This document shows positions 33,760-38,029 of a stretch of DNA of 38,029 nt, one piece after another. The DNA lies in IMG/VR virus record IMGVR_UViG_3300025114_000010, positions 1-38,029 of that record; one strand, 5' to 3'. Each line of letters starts with the position of its first letter. Positions within the stretch are counted from its first letter, which is position 1. Source of the DNA: a virus (taxonomy: Duplodnaviria > Caudoviricetes). The notes beneath the pieces are model-generated. The model saw nothing but the letters and a program-made list of their open reading frames with translations. It was not told the origin of the DNA and searched no databases. The position numbers were made by a program, and so were the translations under genes.

Positions 33760-36149
33760 TGGCAGAGCCTAACCTTATCAATCCTGATGAGTCTCCTGTT
33801 TCTGGTGGTCTCTTTGGGACCACTACAGAAGAGGAAGCTGTAATTGCGCCTGCAGACCTTACGTCTGGGATCATACCAAAAGAAGAAGAGGTGCAGAACC
33901 CGCCAGGACAAGATGGTGCACCAGAACCGATAAGTCCAGCTCCTGTTGATGAGGACGTTGAGCCACCTCAAGAACCTGACGAAACAGTACCACCCACAGA
34001 AGAGGCTCCAGGTCCAGAGCCTCAACCTGATGAGGTAGAACCAAATACTGAGGCCTCGCTTGAAGATGCCCAGCTTAACCTTCGCTTATCGATAGCCAGA
34101 GGCGAAGACCCGACAGCTCCGAAGAAGATTCATGTGAAGATCGGTGACACTGAAATCATCATCAATCATGTTGGCCTTGGGCCACCGACATCAGAAGAGA
34201 TCAAGGCTGCTATCGCAAATTACAGAAAAACACCTGAATTTGCAGCCACCATCGACAAAGAGACTGGCTCCTCTAACAGGATAAGGCTCGCAGTTGGCTC
34301 TGCTCAAACCCCAGAAGACAAGCTGGCCACGCTGCGTAGGTTTTACCCTGATGCAGTTGCATACGATGGCGACAACTTTGTGTATACTGATCCAAGCACA
34401 GGAAAGACCATCTTGCACAATCCAGAAGGCTTGGACGTTGGAGATGTTGCTGGATCAGCCAGAGAAATCACCCAAGGTGTGTTTTCAACAGGTGGTGCTG
34501 TGGCTGGCGGTACTGGTGGTTTTATAGTAGGGACGCCTACAGGCCCAGGAGCGCTCCTGACAGGGACTAAAGGAGCCATCATAGGGTCTGGGGTTGGAAA
34601 TGCCTTAGGAGGTGCTACATTTGACTTTTTTGCTAGTGCTTTTGGGCTGACTGTGGACACGAGAGGTCCCCTGGAGCAAACCCTTGGGACAGTCACTGAC
34701 TATGGTATTGGCGTTGTTGGCCAGAGGGGCGGTGATATTGCATCAATTGGCCTCCAGAAAGCCTTTGGTGGTGGAAAAGAGGGAGCCAAGTTTCTTTACC
34801 AACAGTTTATCAAGTTGGGCGTTAAGGAGCCTCCGGCCGGAGCAGTCACTGGAAGCAGGGCACTTGGCTCGATCGAGAAAGGTTTAGGTAACACCCCATC
34901 TTCGGCTCAGATACTTCAAGACAAGGCAGAGGCAGTTATTAAGCAGGTGACAGAAACAGCCAGGAAGACTGTTGCAAAGTTTGGCGAAGCCAAAAGCACT
35001 CAGGGTGCTGGCCAAATAGTTAAGAAGGCAGCAGAGAATGCTGCAAAGAAATTTGGGTTTAAGCAAGAGAAGATTTACACCGAAGCCTTTGATCTGGTTG
35101 GCGAGAACGCACCTGTTGCCCTGAATGCTGTCAAGGTTCTCAGGCAGGAGCTGGAGGATCAGCTTGCCACAGCACCAGCCTCCCTTGCCAAAAGCCTTGG
35201 GCCTGCAATCAAATTCCTGAAAGGTGTCGAAAAGGATGCTCCAACATTCAAGTCATTCCGTATGATAAGGACAACTCTAAGGGAAGATCTTGCCTCACCG
35301 ACCTTGACTGGCTCATCAGGGTCTGGCAACTTGAACATGGCAAGGGCATATGGGGCGCTGACACAGGACATGTCGGCCACTGCTGCTCGGGCTGGACCAA
35401 AGGCTGCTTCTAAGATAAAACAGGCAGACAAGCTTACTCGTATATGGATGGAGAAGTCTGCAGCCTTGATGAATAAGATTGACAAGTTCGATGCAGATGA
35501 GAAGGCATTCAAGTTCATACAAACATCTGCCAAGGATGGTGGCTCTGCTCTTGCAAGACTGCGTGGCCACTTTGCGCCAGAAGAGTGGGATGTGATTGCT
35601 GCAACAGTTCTTCACAAGATGGGCCTCGCAACAAACAGTGCACAAAATGCCGCTGGCGATGTCTTCTCTGTGTCAACATTCATGACCAATTATGCAAAGT
35701 TGGCGAAGGATGCTCCAGAGGCTTTGAAGGTCTTGTTCAGTGGACCACGGTACAAAGAGGCCAACGAGGCTCTTAATCTCTTAGTTCGGGCCACATCATC
35801 GCTGAAGGCTATTGAGAAGCTGACCAACTCTTCCAACACTGCCAATAGCATGATTGCATATTCAACGATCTCCACCCTAGGTGCTGCATTGGGTGCAGCG
35901 GCAGGTGGGGATCTCCCCTCTGCCGCTGGCGGCGTTATAACAGTCATTGTTGCACCAAGGGTGGCGGCTAAGCTGATCACCAATCCTAAATTTGTTAAAT
36001 GGCTCGTCACACCCATAACAGACCCATCCAAGATTCCTGCGCATATAGGGAGGCTGGTTGGGATCGGCAAGGTTGCTCCGGAGATCAAAGAGGAAATTCA
36101 TGCATACATCAAGGCGCTAAGTGGAGAACCTGAAGGAGCAGCAGAATGA
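33756..36149 (+). CDS. putative large internal virion (ejection) protein
   Basis: Pro/Glu-rich N-terminus, Gly-rich hydrophobic segments and C-terminal AKLITNPKFVKWL; precedes the tail fibre. Confidence 0.72.
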   Translation: MMAEPNLINPDESPVSGGLFGTTTEEEAVIAPADLTSGIIPKEEEVQNPPGQDGAPEPISPAPVDEDVEPPQEPDETVPPTEEAPGPEPQPDEVEPNTEASLEDAQLNLRLSIARGEDPTAPKKIHVKIGDTEIIINHVGLGPPTSEEIKAAIANYRKTPEFAATIDKETGSSNRIRLAVGSAQTPEDKLATLRRFYPDAVAYDGDNFVYTDPSTGKTILHNPEGLDVGDVAGSAREITQGVFSTGGAVAGGTGGFIVGTPTGPGALLTGTKGAIIGSGVGNALGGATFDFFASAFGLTVDTRGPLEQTLGTVTDYGIGVVGQRGGDIASIGLQKAFGGGKEGAKFLYQQFIKLGVKEPPAGAVTGSRALGSIEKGLGNTPSSAQILQDKAEAVIKQVTETARKTVAKFGEAKSTQGAGQIVKKAAENAAKKFGFKQEKIYTEAFDLVGENAPVALNAVKVLRQELEDQLATAPASLAKSLGPAIKFLKGVEKDAPTFKSFRMIRTTLREDLASPTLTGSSGSGNLNMARAYGALTQDMSATAARAGPKAASKIKQADKLTRIWMEKSAALMNKIDKFDADEKAFKFIQTSAKDGGSALARLRGHFAPEEWDVIAATVLHKMGLATNSAQNAAGDVFSVSTFMTNYAKLAKDAPEALKVLFSGPRYKEANEALNLLVRATSSLKAIEKLTNSSNTANSMIAYSTISTLGAALGAAAGGDLPSAAGGVITVIVAPRVAAKLITNPKFVKWLVTPITDPSKIPAHIGRLVGIGKVAPEIKEEIHAYIKALSGEPEGAAE

Positions 36150-38029
36150 CACTCACAACACAGACCCCTAAAGAGATCAAGACAGGCAATGGGAGCACGA
36201 CTGTTTGGTCATTCACATTTGTGATTAATCAATCATCTGACCTTGTTGTTGTCAAGACTGTCACTGCCACTGACGCTGAAACAACACTCACTGAGGGCAC
36301 TGGCACCACCAACTATTCTGTGTCTGTTGGCACGTATCCTGGTAATGGCTCAATTACTTATCCTGCAACTCTGGGCACTGAACTTCCATCAACTGAGACG
36401 ATAACCCTCAAGCGTGTTGTTGATATTGACCAAGACACCGACCTAGTCAACCAAGGTGCATGGTCGCCAAGCACAGTTGAGAATGCATTTGATTATTCAC
36501 GCATGATTGATCTCCAGCAAGACGAGGACATTGACAGGTCACTCAAGGTTCCTGTTTCTGTTGACACAAGTGCTGTTTCGACAACGCTTCCTGCTCCTGT
36601 TGGTGGCAGCTATATCAGATGGAATGCTGGCGGTACAGCGATGGAGAACACCACCACCACAGCAGGGCAGCATTTAATAGCTGATGGCACTGTCTCACTT
36701 CCTGGATATTCATTCACCTCTGACTCTAACACTGGGTTCTATAGGATTGGCTCTGGCAACGTTGCTTATTCAGCCGATGGGTCAAAGGTCGTTGATTACA
36801 GCACTTCTGGAGTAAGCATAACAGGTACCCTTACATCATCAGGGATTCTTTCCGTTGATGACACTACTGAAAGCACTTCTGGCACCACGGGTTCTATACA
36901 CACCGATGGCGGATTGGGTGTGGCTAAGAAATTACACGTTGTCGGTGTCGCCACCCACGGCGACGACATAGTTTCCGACACAGATAGTACTGATGATTTG
37001 GGCACAACCGGAGTGCGGTGGGCCAATCTTTGGGTCGATGATATTACGATGACCAACGACCTCGATGTTGGCAACGACCTCACAGTCGCCGGTAACCTAA
37101 CCGTCAACGGGACCACCGTGACGAACGACGCGACCAACACAGTTATAAAAGACCCGTTGATTGGATTAAACGAGGGGGCAGCATCAAACGCCAACGACCT
37201 CGGCATTGTCATGGAGCGCGGATCTACCGGCGATAACGTATTCATGGGGTGGGACGAATCTGGTGATTATTTTGCCTTCGGAACCACCACAGATTTAAGT
37301 TCTTCTACCGGAAATATCACCTACTCGTTAGGACAGGCTCGTTTTGAGGGCTTAAATCTGAGCGGCACATCCGCTGATTTAGGGACCGTCACAACTGTAG
37401 ATGTCGATGGCGGCACGATTGATGGGACGGCTATTGGTGGCGCGGCCACGGCGGCTGGTGCGTTCACAACCGTTGACGGGACATTGGCTCATTTCACAAC
37501 TAGCCTACAACTTGCGACGGGGGCGACTGTTACCGGCATCCTCGATGAAGACGCTATGGGGTCGGACAGTGCCACCGAGCTTGCCACTCAGCAAAGCATC
37601 AAGGCTTATTCAGATTCCAACGCCCTTGCTCCAGGTATGCCGATGACTTGGGAATCAGACACAGATTCTGCCGATAAGGGCGATGGACGCATCTGGCTGA
37701 ATCACGGCACGCCATCCAGTGCGACTTTGCTCTACATGGACGATAATTTGAATAACGGCAGCACTGATATTTCCGCTCTCGTCGGCAGTCTCGACGATCC
37801 AACCGCCAGCAATTCCGCCGTTATTACCATCCACGAGGGGGCCAATGGCGGGGCCGCATTGATTTTCAAAGTTAGCGGAGCCGTCACCGATCTCACAACT
37901 CATCAATCTGTGGCCGTTACGCATGTCGCGACGGTTGGATCATTTACAGATGGGGACATAGTCGGCGTTCTGGTTGCCTATTCCGGTGACGACGGCGGCG
38001 GTGGTACGATGGATAACGTCGTTGACGAT
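36146..38029 (+). CDS. tail fibre protein, 3'-truncated by the window edge (not in ORF track)
   Basis: ATGA-coupled start MTLTTQTPKEIKTGNGSTTVWSFTF...TLKR...QDTDLVN...VENAFD resembles podovirus fibre N-terminal anchors; Thr/Gly/Asp-rich frame open where spot-checked and in frame at the end. Confidence 0.85.
   Translation, partial: MTLTTQTPKEIKTGNGSTTVWSFTFVINQSSDLVVVKTVTATDAETTLTEGTGTTNYSVSVGTYPGNGSITYPATLGTELPSTETITLKRVVDIDQDTDLVNQGAWSPSTVENAFDYSRMIDLQQDEDIDRSLKVPVSVDTSAVSTTLPAPVGGSYIRWNAGGTAMENTTTTAGQHLIADGTVSLPGYSFTSDSNTGFYRIGSGNVAYSADGSKVVDYSTSGVSITGTLTSSGILSVDDTTESTSGTTGSIHTDGGLGVAKKLHVVGVATHGDDIVSDTDSTDDLGTTGVRWANLWVDDITMTNDLDVGNDLTVAGNLTVNGTTVTNDATNTVIKDPLIGLNEGAASNANDLGIVMERGSTGDNVFMGWDESGDYFAFGTTTDLSSSTGNITYSLGQARFEGLNLSGTSADLGTVTTVDVDGGTIDGTAIGGAATAAGAFTTVDGTLAHFTTSLQLATGATVTGILDEDAMGSDSATELATQQSIKAYSDSNALAPGMPMTWESDTDSADKGDGRIWLNHGTPSSATLLYMDDNLNNGSTDISALVGSLDDPTASNSAVITIHEGANGGAALIFKVSGAVTDLTTHQSVAVTHVATVGSFTDGDIVGVLVAYSGDDGGGGTMDNVVDD

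Noticed and set aside
36146-38029. Diversity-generating retroelement as in BPP-1
   Set aside because: No reverse transcriptase or TR/VR pair is seen in the window; the distal fibre lies outside it

Overview
Most of a tailed-phage genome with a podovirus-like virion. No integrase, repressor or RNA polymerase is visible in the window. The modules, left to right, are: (1) a lysis cassette (M15-type endolysin, holin, i-/o-spanins; 0.3-1.3 kb); (2) a leftward early arm (6.9 to 1.3 kb) with small unknown genes, a YodL-like gene, a DUF932-like gene and an SNF2 helicase; (3) a rightward replication/nucleotide arm (7.1-18.8 kb) with an SSB-like gene, FAD oxidoreductase, divergent ThyX, HAD phosphatase, DnaQ-like exonuclease, DnaE-type polymerase, primase-helicase, sulfotransferase and nuclease; (4) a BPP-1/T7-like packaging and virion arm (19-38 kb) ending in a truncated tail fibre. 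The most striking unannotated signal is an array of four intact, covarying, pseudoknotted type II hammerhead ribozymes on the minus strand (5.44-6.78 kb). They sit between consecutive early genes, should cut the transcript into single-gene RNAs, and are flanked by two further unexplained structured RNAs. Also notable are two inverted copies of a ~110-145 bp imperfect palindrome bracketing the 15 kb early/replication block, and a candidate nucleotide/DNA-modification cassette. All family assignments come from motif recognition by eye; no searches were run.
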